Shown: positions 1 to 12,339 of the stretch, piece by piece
Layout: each line of letters begins with the position of its first letter
Numbering within the stretch: the stretch's first letter is position 1
NCBI GenBank assembly: GCA_964016885.1
Contig: OZ024762.1
Coordinates: forward strand, 6,820,001 to 6,884,000
Direction: 5' to 3'
Length of the DNA: 64,000 nt
DNA from: Eledone cirrhosa
Lineage: Eukaryota
Made by a program: the position numbers and the translations under genes
Notes under the pieces: model-generated
What the model was told of the DNA's origin: nothing
The model's input: the letters and a program-made list of their open reading frames with translations, nothing else
The model's database searches: none

Positions 1-59
1 GGTCATCCTTGGTCTTCCTCTTACACAGCCTCTCTCCACTTGTATTCCTTTATCATCTC

Positions 60-129
60 CTCTGTGAGGTTTGGTATTGTGAGATAAGCTTTCATCATCT
101 CTGTCCTGGTTTTCTTGGTCTTCCTCTAC
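60..129 (-). mobile_element. Short RTE LINE 3' fragment
   Basis: Minus strand reads AGAGGAAGACCAAGAAAA (RGRPRK), matching the C-terminus of other RTE copies here (e.g. 32180-32733). Confidence 0.5.
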
Positions 130-312
130 TGTATATCTATATACTACTAAAACTCTGTGATTGCTTGCTTGTCTGTAATGTAATACAGCCAAAAGGGCGC
201 ATAATGGGAGAATACTTTGAAAGGAAGTTGACCCTGAAATGGGAATACAAATGGAATAAAATAAGTTTCGCGTAAATCGGAGCACGGGTTCCCAAGATAT
301 GGGGTTTTTCCT

Positions 313-620
313 AAATAGAGAGAGAGAAGGATAGAAAGAGATAGTGGTTGTGAGAGAGTAGATTGAAAGAGAGACATAGAGAGAGGGGGAGAGGAGACAG
401 AGAAGGAGAATGAGAGAGAGAGAGAGAGAGAGAGCTGGTGCGGTTGTTGTGTATATATGTGTGTGTGTCTATGACCAGTGTATATAGATCACAGACACCC
501 ACATATATATATATATATATACACATACATATATATATATACATATATATATGTATACACACACACATATTTATATATATATACACATTATATATTTATA
601 TATACACATGTATATATATA
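313..620. repeat. (GA)n then (TA/CA)n microsatellites
   Basis: Direct inspection. Confidence 0.9.
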
Positions 621-754
621 TGGGCCTTCTAGTTTCATTTCACATTATATACATGTCTGTGTATATTTTAATTATTCAAAAATTATTTTTAAATGAACAT
701 GATTTAAAAGAAATATTTTGAAGTGAAATCTGAATATAAGCTGACCCCTACAGA

Positions 755-1459
755 CCCCATTTATAAGCGGAGGCAGCTAATCAACACATTATGTTTAGAT
801 GGCGTGGTTTTAAAATTCTCATGAGTATAAATTATCTTTATGAAAAGTTTTAATATTTTGATGTTTAAAATGATTGATGTTTAAATGTTGTTTAGAATAT
901 AGTTTTGTTTCACAAATGTAGTTTCTATTGTGTTAAGTTTCAACAAGTTTCTTGAATTTTTGTTTACTTCTGGCCATTAACATGCTGAGAGTAGTTGAGA
1001 ACAAGAGTTTGAATAAGAGAACTTTGTAGAGGGATTCATTGAATAGAAGAGGGAGGGAGAGACAGCAAATGAGAACGAGGAGAGGCAGAGTGAGAGCGAG
1101 GAGAGGCAGACTGAGAAAAAACAGAGGAGTGAGTGAGAAGGGAGGGAGAGTAATAAAATCAAATTAGAAGACTGAAAGAAAAACATGTATATATATGCAC
1201 GTGGGCATGCATGTGTGTGTGCACGCATGTGTGTGTGTGCACGCATGCGCGTGTGCATGTATATGGGATATTTATGAATTATAAAAATTCAAAGTATAAA
1301 AATTTGTTGGAAATATTTTCAAGAGAATCCATAAATAACAGCAATGGTGATGTAGTAAATGTAGAAAAACGGTATTTCATTGTGAAATAATCACTCCAGA
1401 TATTTTATCACATTATTTTTAGAATTTGAAGTAGGTGAAAATCATCAAAATATTGACCC
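755..1459 (+). repeat. About 700-bp dispersed repeat of unknown class, copy 1
   Basis: Co-linear with 59039-59731. Shared start CCCCATT(T)ATAAGCG..AATCAACACATTATGTTTAGATG and shared end GAAGTAGGTGAAAATCA.CAAAATATTGACC. Confidence 0.8.
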
Positions 1460-1562
1460 CAAATATTATCTGACCCTGTCCCATTTTACCATCATTTTTT
1501 TGGTCAGATATTGCTCGGCTTGTATTTGAATATATACAGTATGTGGTAAATGATGGTTTAAA

Positions 1563-1612
1563 CCAGTCATGGGCAACCTGCGGCCCACAAAGCTTTCTGA
1601 ATGGCTCGCCTA
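1563..1612 (+). mobile_element. hAT-like MITE terminus (fragment)
   Basis: CAGTCATGGGCAACCTGCGGCCC resembles hAT/Charlie-type termini. No partner TIR seen. Confidence 0.35.
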
Positions 1613-1777
1613 AGTCACCTAAGTGAAATCTTTCTGATTTTTTTTTAGCCCAACTTTTCAGTCAAAATTTATCTTTCTATCATTTTTACGATCGAGGAAA
1701 ACATGTACGAAATCTGAAGAAACAAATCAAAACAACCTGAGTTATCACCCTTTTTTTTTTTTAATGTGGTCACGAAT

Positions 1778-2224
1778 GTTGGTAGTGTTGGTGGTGCTGT
1801 TGGTGGGGATGTAGTTGTTGTTGGTGATTGTGTTGTTGTTGTTGTTGTTGTTGTTGCTGATGTTGGGAGTGGTGTTGGTGTTTTAGTGGTCGTACTGTAG
1901 GTGGTGTTGTTGGTTGTGATTGGTGTTGTTGTTGGTGTTGTTGTTGGTGTTGTTGGTTGTGTTGTTGTTGGTGGTGATTGCTGTTGTTGTTGGTGTTGTT
2001 GGTTGTGTTGTTGGTGGTGGTGATTGGTGATGTCATTGTTGGTGGTTTTGTTTTTGGTAGTGTTGTTGGTGGTGCTGTTAATGTTGTTGCTGTTGTTGGT
2101 GATGTTGCTGTTATTGGTGGTGGTGGTGGTGGTGTTAATGTTATTGCTGTTGTAGATGGTGGTGGTGTTGTTGTTGTTGGTGGTGTTGTTAATGTTGTTG
2201 CTGTTGGTGGTGGTGGTGTTGGTG
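1778..2224. repeat. (GTT/GGT)n low-complexity tract
   Basis: Direct inspection; explains ORFs 1770-2036 and 1978-2373. Confidence 0.9.
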
Positions 2225-2417
2225 GGAGAAGTGGGTGTGATTTATTATTATTTTTATTCTTGCAAAGGAGTTATGTTCAGGGGGTGGGGGAAGATGAGGC
2301 AGTGTTGGCAGCTGGAGCTAAATATGTATATTTGAGTGTTTCACTCCCGTTAGTTTGGCGTCATGGTACTTAAAAGGGATTAGAGAAGGAGGGGAGGGAC
2401 GAGTGGGATATATATAT

Positions 2418-2494
<77 letters not shown>

Positions 2495-2820
2495 CCAGCT
2501 GATAAGATGATGGTAATTAAAATATGATAATATTAATTATAAACCAATAAATTTCTTTCTATTTTTATTGCAAATTTCTTCTTATTTTCATCGTTTTTCA
2601 TCTGTAGTTAGATAAAGGTAATAGAGTTGTGTAATGATAGTGTGTACCAGTAATACTGTGGGGGTTTAATTAGTGTGTACTATAATACAGAGAAGCAACT
2701 GCAACACCTTACACAGAACAGTCACAATCATGCATGTATTCATTAAGACATCTCTCTAGGAAACGGTCATTCTGATATAAAACCTGCCCCTTCATTTGCA
2801 TCCAATGATGTAGACCAGTT

Positions 2821-3018
2821 TTACTTTGTGGGTAAATGCATTCGATGTTCAGAAAGTGGGATTGTCCTCATGCAAAGCCTTTTCTCACTTAAAAAAGCTT
2901 CAAGCACAGGCTCTGCTTGATATGTGACATTTTTTGTGATGTATGGCATGGCTGGCCATAGGCAAGTCCTTAGCAGAACTAAAAAGCCCCATTCGTGAAG
3001 CTCATGCTTAAGTATCAA
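2821..3018 (-). pseudogene. Possible highly decayed Tc1-like transposase fragment
   Basis: HELHEWGF...PYITK resembles the Tc1 RELHEMGF...KPxIT region. No catalytic motif visible. Confidence 0.3.
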
Positions 3019-3514
3019 GCAATGGCATTTCTTGAAATCGAGTTGCAGCCATCATGTATGTATGTATGTTCTTCTGGTTTTATAATTTTATAAACAAATT
3101 TTAAATAAATTTGTACTAATAGTGAGTTTAGGGCTCTTTCATTGGAATTTAGACAACATCAACTAGGTATGCATATCTGCATACATGTGTGTGTGTGCAA
3201 GTATGGATGTTATTGTATGTGTGGATGTGTATGTTTTGAATTATATGTATGCATATGCACATGTTTTGTCTCTGTACAGGTGTACATGCAGTTATTACAT
3301 GCAGAAGTTTTGGAATGTTTTTCATATTTTTACTGTTCCATTAATGGATTGTACTTGTAATTTCCTAATAAATGCACGTGAAAGTAGAAAGACCCCCTTT
3401 GGTCACTAATGACAACTAGAAAGTTCTCCTCTGAGGCACAAATCTAGGCATGGTTGTTTCTGGAAGTCTCCCCTCTCCAAATGCTGATACAGTTTGGCAT
3501 AAGTGATGTTGCCA

Positions 3515-3641
3515 TTCATTTCTACAGCTGAGCAACATGAAATAAAGCTCAAGAACAAAACACACCACATTGTCTCGGAATTGAACTCACAACCTTTCGA
3601 TTGCAAGGCCAATGCTCTAACCACTAAGCCATGTGCCTCCA
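3515..3641 (-). mobile_element. tRNA-derived SINE 5' head (family B)
   Basis: Minus strand GGAGGCACATGGCTTAGTGGTTAGAGC (A box)...GAGTTCAATTCC (B box); near-identical to 18515-18581. Confidence 0.75.
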
Positions 3642-4374
3642 TATATATATATACACACACAGTATATATAGGTAAAATGTAAAAGTGAAAAAGCACAGAG
3701 GTATATTTAAAGAATAAATTTTTTCTTTCATCCAACAGAATGAATACTTTTATAATTGTTACATTAAATAGATTTAAATTTTGTCAAATATTACCAGTTT
3801 CAATTGGTATGTCAATCTTATGAAACATTAAACAAGTTTGTTCACATATTCTGTGGCCACTTAGAAGATGGGAATTTTCTGTCAAAATTGCTTCTTATAT
3901 ATCTTATCTTTGTGAAGGTGGGGTGATGATGGTGGAAGTGGGGTTCAACAATACAATGATGGTGTATTAGTTTCATGCTTGATATAGTTGAAAACGAGTT
4001 CTAACATTTCAGACAGTAGTCCTTCATCGACAGATAGAAGAAGGGAGAAGTGAAGACATTTAGATGAGAGAATTAAACGGAAGAGAGACAACAGTAGAAA
4101 AGCAATGGGGAAAAAGAAGAGATAAAGCATGTGTGTATGTATATGTGTAAGTATATGTGTGTGTGTATGTGTGTGTGTATATGTGTGTGTATGGTATGTA
4201 CATATGTGTATATATATATATATATATATACACGTGTGTGTGTGTGTGAATTTCTCTGCTCAAGTGGTTTTTAATAACTCTTCCATGTATTATCACATCG
4301 ATGCTTTTGGCTGTCTATAAACAATGGCTAACCAAGTCTGTTTACAATAGCATTATTACAGCAAGAACTGTTTT

Positions 4375-5150
4375 GGTGATGGTAGGAATAGAGAGTGGCG
4401 GTGGTGGTAGTTGGAAGATGTTGTGGTGGTGGTGGTGGTGGTGGTGGTAGTGGTGATAGTGTTACTTGTGGTGATGGTTGTGTTGGAGGTGGTGGTGGTG
4501 ATAGTGGTGATGGTGATAATGGTGGTGGTTGTAGTGGAGGTGGTGGTTGGAAGATGCAGTGGTTTTGGTGGTAGTGGTGATAGTGTTGCTTGTGGTGGTG
4601 GTTGTGTTGGAGGTGGTGGTGATGGTGGTGGTGGTGCAGGTGGTGGTTCGACAAATCAATGACAAAACAATTGGAATTAGAAGCTATTTTCAACAACTAC
4701 TACTACTGTAAAAACAACACCAACAACAGCGCCAACACCACCACCAACCCCACCAACACCACCACCACCAACAACACCACCAATAACACCACCACTAACA
4801 ACCACAACATGACCAACACCACCACCACCACCACCACCAACACCACCAATAACACCACCACCAATAACACCACCAACAACAGCACCACCAACAACCACAA
4901 CATGACCACCACCACTAACAACCACAACATGACCACCACCACCACCACCAATAACACCACCACCAACATGACCACCACCAACAACCCCACCAACACCACC
5001 ACCAACAACACCACCAACAACAATAACAACACCAACAACACCACCACCAATAACACCACCACCAACAACAACAACACCACTAATAACAACACCAATACCA
5101 CCACCACCACCAACACCAATAACAACACCACCACCACCAACAACAACAAT
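4375..5150. repeat. (GGT)n tract followed by (CAC/CAA)n tract
   Basis: Direct inspection. Confidence 0.9.
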
Positions 5151-5244
5151 GGTAACTGCGATGATGCTGCTGGTGTGCTATAGATGGAATGTGTTCAGTG
5201 AAGCTCAAATTACATATTATACAGTATAAGAGGCTAGCATTATA

Positions 5245-5550
5245 TGGACTGGCAGTATCGGTAGAGGGTCGGACGCCATGCTTTGCAGCAAAGAGTTACG
5301 GCCCTTTATGGTCTGAGTTCAAATCCCGCCGAGGTTAACTTTGCCTTTCATCCTTACGGGGTCGATAAAATAAAGTACCAGTAATACACTGAGATAATTG
5401 CTGGCCTTGTGCCAAAAGTAGAAACAATTATATAGTATAAAAGTCTAGCGGTGAATTGGATTGCCAGTATCAGTAGAGGGTCGGACACCATGCTTAGCAG
5501 CAAAGAGTTACGGCCCTTTATGGTCTGAGTTCAAATCCCACCGAGGTTAA
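5245..5550 (+). mobile_element. SINE family A (one near-full and one partial copy)
   Basis: TGGCAGTATCGGTAGAG (A box), GAGTTCAAATCCC (B box), central GCCTTTCATCCTTACGGGGTCGATAAAATAAAGTACC (resembles the Deu/Nin SINE domain), 3' GTAGAAACAATTAT. Many copies in the window. Confidence 0.85.
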
Positions 5551-5644
5551 ATATATTTTCAGTGCTATTTCCAATCTCACCTTCTCTCTATAACCACTGT
5601 TTTGTATAGAACCTGACTTCCCTTTTCATATATATATATATATA

Positions 5645-5919
5645 ATGAAGGAAATGTGGTAAAGAACCAGGTGGACCATAACGCACCAAAGTACTCAATA
5701 CTTAGGGTAGTAGAGTGGGTAATAGGAACGAGTAGGACCCCGACGGCTGAGCTCAAGCCGTTTCGACGGCTAATTCTGGACTAAAACAATTTGTGGTTGT
5801 TAGTGGTGTTGTTGTTGGTGGTGGTGTTATTGGTGGTGGTGGTGGTGGTAGTCATTTTAGTCCAGAATTAGCCGTCGAAACGGCTTGAGCTCAGCCATCG
5901 GGGTCCTACTCGTTCCTAT
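5645..5919. mobile_element. Fold-back element with 65-bp inverted arms carrying the 3' half of a hammerhead
   Basis: 5722-5786 is the reverse complement of 5855-5919 (1 mismatch). Arms contain CGAAACGGCT-TGAGCTC-AGCCGTC. (TA)n on both outer sides. Confidence 0.7.
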
Positions 5920-6580
5920 ATATATATATATATGAGTGTGTGTGTGTCAATTATATGTGTTATTATGTATGTCTGTATGTGTGATAACAACAACAAAAGA
6001 GGTGATTTATCATTCTGATAATTTTTACGGCAATGCAAATGAACACAGAAACAAACAAAAGTTTAATTAAGTTCTCATAGAATCCCTTCACCCCTACCCC
6101 TAGGTCTTGACAACTTGGATCACCGCTCCCCTCTCATTGGCACCACTAGTCCCCGCAGCCCATCGATGTCCTATTGTTAGTTATTAGTGTGTGTGTGGCT
6201 GTGAAGGGAGAAAGATGGGTTTGTGACAGAACCACCATTCACAGCCCCTTTCCCGCCCCTCGATGTCTCAACCTTGTGGTGCCATGACAACTGGGACCAC
6301 CGCTCACATCCTCTACTCCACACACCATCATCACTGCGGTAGTTATTCTGTGTCTTGATAACTAGACCCACTACTCACATGTCCTAGTTCCTCACAGCAC
6401 CACCATCATGGCTATACTATGGGGTGGTACTAATGTGTACATTACAATTAGAACCACTACACACATCCTCTCTGATAGACAGAAACTGTATAGAAGCCCA
6501 TTCTATGTGTGTGCACCATTATCATTACACACACACACACACACACACAACACTATGGCCACCAACAAAATACACAAACA

Positions 6581-6754
6581 TAGACCACGAAAAACATGGG
6601 CGGAGGTGGTGAGAACAGACCTCAGATCATTGAAGCTCACGGTGGAGATGACGAGGGACCGTGACGAGTGGAGAGATGCTGTGCTGAATAAGACCCGTCC
6701 CACCCTTGCAAGCAGGGAAAAGCGGACGTATGATGATGATGATGATGATGATGA
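6581..6754 (+). mobile_element. RTE LINE 3' end with (GAT)n tail
   Basis: RPRKTWAEVVRTDLRSLKLTVEMTRDRDEWRDAV..., then the tail CCCTTGCAAGCAGGGAAAAGCGGACG and (GAT)n. Confidence 0.85.
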
Positions 6755-6956
6755 TATCAGTAGCAATGATAGCCGAATTGGGACATTTTTCAACCATTTA
6801 GCACACCATCCTGCGTGCAGGACTACTTACCCCACACACATCACCCATCTCAGGACTCCTGGCACCCATCAACCACCATCTATTGGCATCACATGTACAG
6901 TCCTCTCTCACACCACATCTGAATCCTCTTACACAGAGCTTTTCTCTCAGTTCAAC

Positions 6957-7189
6957 CAAGGACACCAAAGCAAATTATGGTGCGCTTTCATCAGATAAAA
7001 TATAATATAGATCAGTTTTATAAACAAATATTGACATACCCTTAAAAGAATGCGACCATGCCACTATCCGGGAGCTTCCAACAGACATGGTCGCATTCTT
7101 TTAAGGGTATGTCAATATTTGTTTATAAAACTGATCTATATCATATTTTATCTGATGAAAGCGCACCATAATTTGCTTTGGTGTCCTTG
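6957..7189. repeat. Inverted repeat, 104-bp arms, 25-bp spacer
   Basis: 6957-7060 vs 7086-7189, one mismatch. Confidence 0.9.
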
Positions 7190-7208
7190 AAATATGTATA
7201 ATGAAATA
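7144..7208 (+). ncRNA. Type I hammerhead ribozyme motif
   Basis: Stem I TATTTTAT/ATGAAATA; core CTGATGA (7152-7158); stem II AAG.GCACCA/TGGTGT.CTT; GAAA (7189-7192); stem III TATGTA; AUA site with predicted cut after 7200. Confidence 0.8.
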
Positions 7209-7643
7209 AATATGGTTTTATAAACATAGTTTCCATTTATTAATATATTGTATATATATATATACATATATATTATACTCTGTTTACATATATTAAGGGC
7301 TCACTATTAAAACTAACAAATTAAAATTGTTTCAGCACCTGACTCTTCACCAAGTGCATTTTCAACCACAAAATCTTTTCTTATAGACCTACGTGTGTGG
7401 ATATGTGTGTGTATGTGTGTGGATATGTGTGGATATGTGTGTGTGTGTGTGTATATATATATATCGCTATGAACAAGGTAAGGTGCAGCTAACTGGCCAG
7501 ACTTGGCTCGTAGGGGGGGGGGGGGGGGGCACCCAGTCACACACAGTAAACGTGGTTGGTGTTAGGTAGGGCATCCAGCAGTCATAAAAACCCATTAAAA
7601 TATATATGAGTGTATGAGTTAAGAATATGTGATGGCAGTGAGG

Positions 7644-7675
<32 letters not shown>

Positions 7676-8378
7676 AGTAGTGGTGATGATAATAGTGATG
7701 GTGGTAGTAGTGGTGGAGGTGGTGGTGGTGGTGGAGATGGTGGTGGTGGAGATGGTGGTGGTGGAGATGGTAGTGGTGGAGATGGTGGTGGTGGAGATGG
7801 TGGTGGTGGAGATGGCGGTGATGGAGATGGTGGTGGTGGAGGAGGTGGTGGTGGTGGAGTTGGTGGTGATGGTATTGGAGATGGTGGTGGTGGAGATGGT
7901 GGTGGTGTAGATAGTGGTGGTGGAGGTGGTGGAGATGGTGGTGGTGGAGATGGTGGTGGTGGAGATAGTGGTGGTGGTGGTGGTGGTGGTGGAGATAGTG
8001 GTGGTGGAGGTGGTGGAGATGGTGGTGGTGGAGATGGTGGTGGTGGAGATAGTGGTGGTGGTGGTGGTGGAGGTGGTGGTGGTGGTGGTGGTGATGGAGG
8101 TGGTGGTGGTGGAGATGGTGGTATTGGAGATAGTGGTGGTGGAGATAGTGGTGGTGGAGATAGTGGTGGTGGAGATAGTGGTGGTGGAGGTGGTGGAGAT
8201 GGTGGTGGTGGTGGTGGTGATGGAGGTGGTGGTGGTGGAGATGGTGGTGGAGATGGTGGTATTGGAGATAGTGGTGGTGGAGATAGTGGTGGTGGAGATA
8301 GTGGTGGTGGAGATGGTGGAGATGGTGGTGGTGATGGAGGTGGTGGTGGAGATGGTGGAGATGGTGGTGGAGATGGTA
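7644..8378. repeat. (GAT)n/(GGT)n-GGAGAT compound microsatellite
   Basis: Direct inspection; source of the Gly-rich 314-aa ORF. Confidence 0.9.
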
Positions 8379-8668
8379 TTAATGATTTTACCGAAAGCCA
8401 TTACACAGCAGTTCTTGTTACTGTATATGTTTACCAATGTCAGTATAGTCCCACTGTAAAGAAGTACAAGATGTTAAAGATATTTCCACTTGTTCATGAG
8501 ATTTACAAACTAACATATCCAAACTGTCATAAACATGTTAAATTCTTTCTTTGAAGTCTCAGACAGGCAAAGATTTCCTGATAGCTGCTGTGAGGGGTTC
8601 AAAGCTGGACTAAGTTCCTGGGAATAGATTTGGTAGAGGTTAAAATAAGTAACAAGAGACCAGCAAGT

Positions 8669-9340
8669 TAACCCTTCTGCTGCTATATTTCTAACAAAAG
8701 ATACTACCTATGGTTTTTAAATCCTTTTGAAAATAATCCAGAATTTGGAAGATTTGTAGTAATATAGCTAACTTTTTCATTAAGCTGATGCTTGGAACAT
8801 AAAGGTTCTTACATAAAATTATAATTGTTTCTACTTTAGACACAAGGCCAGTAATTTGAAGGGGAGTGGAAAGTCGATTAAATCGACCCCACTGTATTGC
8901 TGGTGCTTTATTTTATCGACCCTGTAAGGATGAAAGACAAAGCTAACCTCAGCAGGATTTGAACACAGAACATAAAGACGCATAACTCTATCATATTTCT
9001 AACAAAAATCATTTTGAAAATAATCAAGAATTTGGAGAGATTTAGTTACATAACTAAATTTCTCATTATTAAACTAGTGCTTGAAACATAAAGGTTCTTA
9101 GATAAAATTATGAAGAGTTTAGATAAATGGTTTCTAATTTTTGGCATGAGGCCAGCAAATTTTTTGGGAAAGGCAAAGTTGACTGGTACATAAACAAATG
9201 TTCTTATATAAAATTAGGACGGAAGGCTTTTAGATAAATATAAACACTTTAACTCTTTTGTTATCATATTTCTAAAGAAAGACACTGGCTATGAATTTCA
9301 AATAATTTTTTAAATAATCGAAAAATTAGAGAAACTTTTT
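8669..9340 (+). mobile_element. Tandem copies of the ~195-bp TTAACCC-started repeat, with a minus-strand SINE A inserted (8825-8990)
   Basis: Motif CATATTTCTAA..AAAGACACT...TTTGAAAATAATCAAGAATTTGG...TTAAGCTGGTG.TTGGAACATA recurs; same family as 44951-45345. Confidence 0.65.
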
Positions 9341-9349
9341 CATGTTTAA

Positions 9350-9570
9350 CCCTTTAGCATTTAAACTGGCCGTATCCAGCCAGAATTCTCTCACCTCTTT
9401 CTGTTCAAACCAGCTGTAACTAGCCACTCATACTGATATTAAGGTATTGTTCTCAAAATAAATTACATCAAAATCTCATAGATTCAATATTATGTGAAAT
9501 AATTATGTGCGGTAGAGCCTTTACTGCGAAAATACAATAGTAAATATAGAATTATGTAAATGCTAAAAGG
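9350..9570 (-). mobile_element. About 220-bp TTAA-flanked MITE (piggyBac-like)
   Basis: TTAA|CCCTTTAGCATT...AATGCTAAAAGG|TTAA; inverted copy of 63108-63327. Confidence 0.75.
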
Positions 9571-11774
9571 TTAAGCTAGTGTTTGGAACAGCTTAACAAA
9601 ATTTTCTATTTTAATGACTTCAAAATAAACAGTTCTGTGTCATAGGACCAGGGGCAGTTTCAAGCAGTTTAGTATCTGAAGGGCCAACAATGTGAGGTTA
9701 TTTATTCCTTGGGAACACAGACTAAAAATGATGTTAACAGCGCCAGCTTCTCACCAAAACAGTAACATTTTAAAATATAATTCTGATTAGCTTCCAAACA
9801 AGCACCATTGTTATCCAACCAAAATGCCTTCAGTTACAAAAATAATTGTGTATTCAACAACAACAAAAAACAAACAAAAGAAGACAAAATCTCAGAAGCA
9901 AGGTTAATATTTCTTGAAAAATAAAATAATAATAAATTTCAACTTAAAGAAAGCTAACTATGGAAAACTGTGTGTGAGTAACATGACCAACATATTAGAT
10001 TTCTATCACAGAAGTTTGGGGTTTCTTTTCCTCAAGAATAACCCCTCTAAATTTCCTTTTTCTTCTCTCCAATAACAAAGCCACTTTTCAACTCATATTT
10101 TCGCGTCTTCTACTGAGAAAAGGGAACCACAATAATTTCTATAGTAACCGAAATATGAGAAGATGGTTGATAATAAAAAAGAAGAGGTGGTGGTGGTGGT
10201 GATGGCAGTGGAGGTGGTGGAGGAGGTGGAGGTGGTTGTGGTGGTGGTGACGGTGGTGGTGGTGGCGGCAGAGTCGGGTTTGTTTCTCCAATGATTTGAG
10301 ATAGTGAAATACAGAAATATAAAAATTAACAAAATATGTTTAACACGTCATTTTAAAATACAAAGTTTAACCTCTGCATTACCATAATTTTAATGAAAAA
10401 CAGTCTCAGATTTTCAAATTATTTTGAATATAATTAAGAATTTAGTAAAATAACTAACTTTTTCATTATTATTATTATTATTATTAAGCTGTTATTTAGA
10501 ATACTATTTAACAAAAATGTCTTCAATGTAAATACCTTAAACCCTTTTGTTATCATATTTCTAATGAAAAACACTGCCTTTAATTTTCAAATGACTGTAG
10601 AATAAAGAATTTAGAAGGATATAGTAATATAACTAACTTTCGTATTATGAAGCTGGTGATTGAAGCATAACTTAACAAAGGTTCTTATATAACATAAGGA
10701 TGGAAGGTTTTCAGATAAATAGAAACACTTTAAAATATGTTCTAGAACATTGGATACAAAGTTTTGCTGTTTTTGTTCTTTCTGTGCTCAGTTCAAATAC
10801 CACCAAAGTCAACTTAGCCTTTCATCCTTTTGAGGTCAATTAAAAAAATATCAGTTGAGTAATGGAGTCAATTCTTCCTCTATATTTTGGCCTCACTTCC
10901 TCTCTATCACTCTCTCTTTTTCTTTAGAGGAAGGGATGGGCTCTGCCAGATTTTAACAAATGCCCAAGAAATGCTGTACGTCACTAGTGTTTCCTATGAC
11001 TCCATCAAGAAATATTTTTTAAAATAAATAACTTTGCACAAGATGCCAGTCCATTTAAAGCCCAAAGACTCTTCAGGCCAGTGCTTATCCTGGTTTCCTT
11101 GGTATTAAGCAACTGAGAGTACAAGACTGCACCCTTCACAGGATGCCAGTCCAAAGCAAGGTTAAAGTCTGCCGGGAGCCCAGAAACTCATCAGGCTGAT
11201 GCCTGGGTATTTTGGTATCAAGTGACGGAAAGTACAAGACTGCCTCCTGGACAAGGTGCCAGTCCATCACAGGGTTAACTCCCCATCCACCTCAGCTAAT
11301 GCTGGTATTCATTTACAGCTGAGTATAATGGAGCAATGTGAAAATAAGTGTTTTGTTAAAGAAACACAGCCTGGTCCATGAATTGACCCCATGACACTAT
11401 GATCGTAAGTCCAACACCCTAACCACTAGATCAATTCCTACTCCTATAAACAAGCTCTCCCTTACCATCCTCTGAGGAAACGCCTTCTCCATTCTGACCG
11501 TCGGGGCTGAGGGGCGGCCAACATGTGGGACCCCATTTGCTCACAGTACAGAGAGATGGGGGGGGGGGCAAGAGAGATGGGGGTGATGACAAGTGGGAGT
11601 TCGGCTCTGTCGATAAAATGAAGTACTAATGAAGTACTGGGGTTGATCTAATCGACTAACCCTTCACAAGCTCCAACTAATCAACTAAATCAATATACAA
11701 CAGCCCCTATAGGCAGAAGGGAACTAAGTCACTTGTGAGGAATCAAACCCCTGTTGGATCTTTATTTGTTTCAT

Positions 11775-12135
11775 CATCATCATCAACGTTTAACGTCCGT
11801 GTTCCACGCTTGCATGGGTTTGGACGGGGGTTTTCCCACTTGAGGCAAGAGTGATTGTCTTGCTCGCATAGGACTGTCTGGCAGGTTTTCTACAGTTGGA
11901 TGCCCTTCCTAACACCAACCACATTTACAGTGTGGGTCTGGGAGGTTTTTACTGTGTTGCCTACACGGCCACATTACAGCGTGGACTGTCTGGCAGGTTT
12001 TCTACAGTTGGATGCCTTTCCTAACACCAACCACATTTACAGTGTGGGGCTGGGAGGTTTTTACCGTGTTGTCTACACGGCCACATTACAGCGTGGACTG
12101 TGTGTTTTTTTGTCGTGACACCTACACGATCTCAT
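11775..12135 (-). mobile_element. SINE 3' part with internal ~110-bp duplication and (CAT)n tail
   Basis: Matches 60589-60855; the GGACTGTCTGGCAGGTTTTCTACAG...CAGCGT block occurs twice. Confidence 0.7.
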
Positions 12136-12339
12136 TTGTTTCGGCCTGGATGTTGTGGCACCAACATTTATTAAATTGTTTATTAAATTATTTATTAAAT
12201 TATTTATTAAATTTTATTTTATTTTATTTATCTATTATCTATTTATCTATTTATCTATTTATCAATCAAGACAACTATGAGGACTTGCCTTAATTAGAAC
12301 AAACAAAAAAGCTCACAATTTCAGTGTATCTATTGTTAT

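Noticed and set aside
7610-8554. 314-aa Gly/Asp-rich ORF
   Set aside because: It is a translation of a GGT/GAT microsatellite; several frames are open for the same reason.
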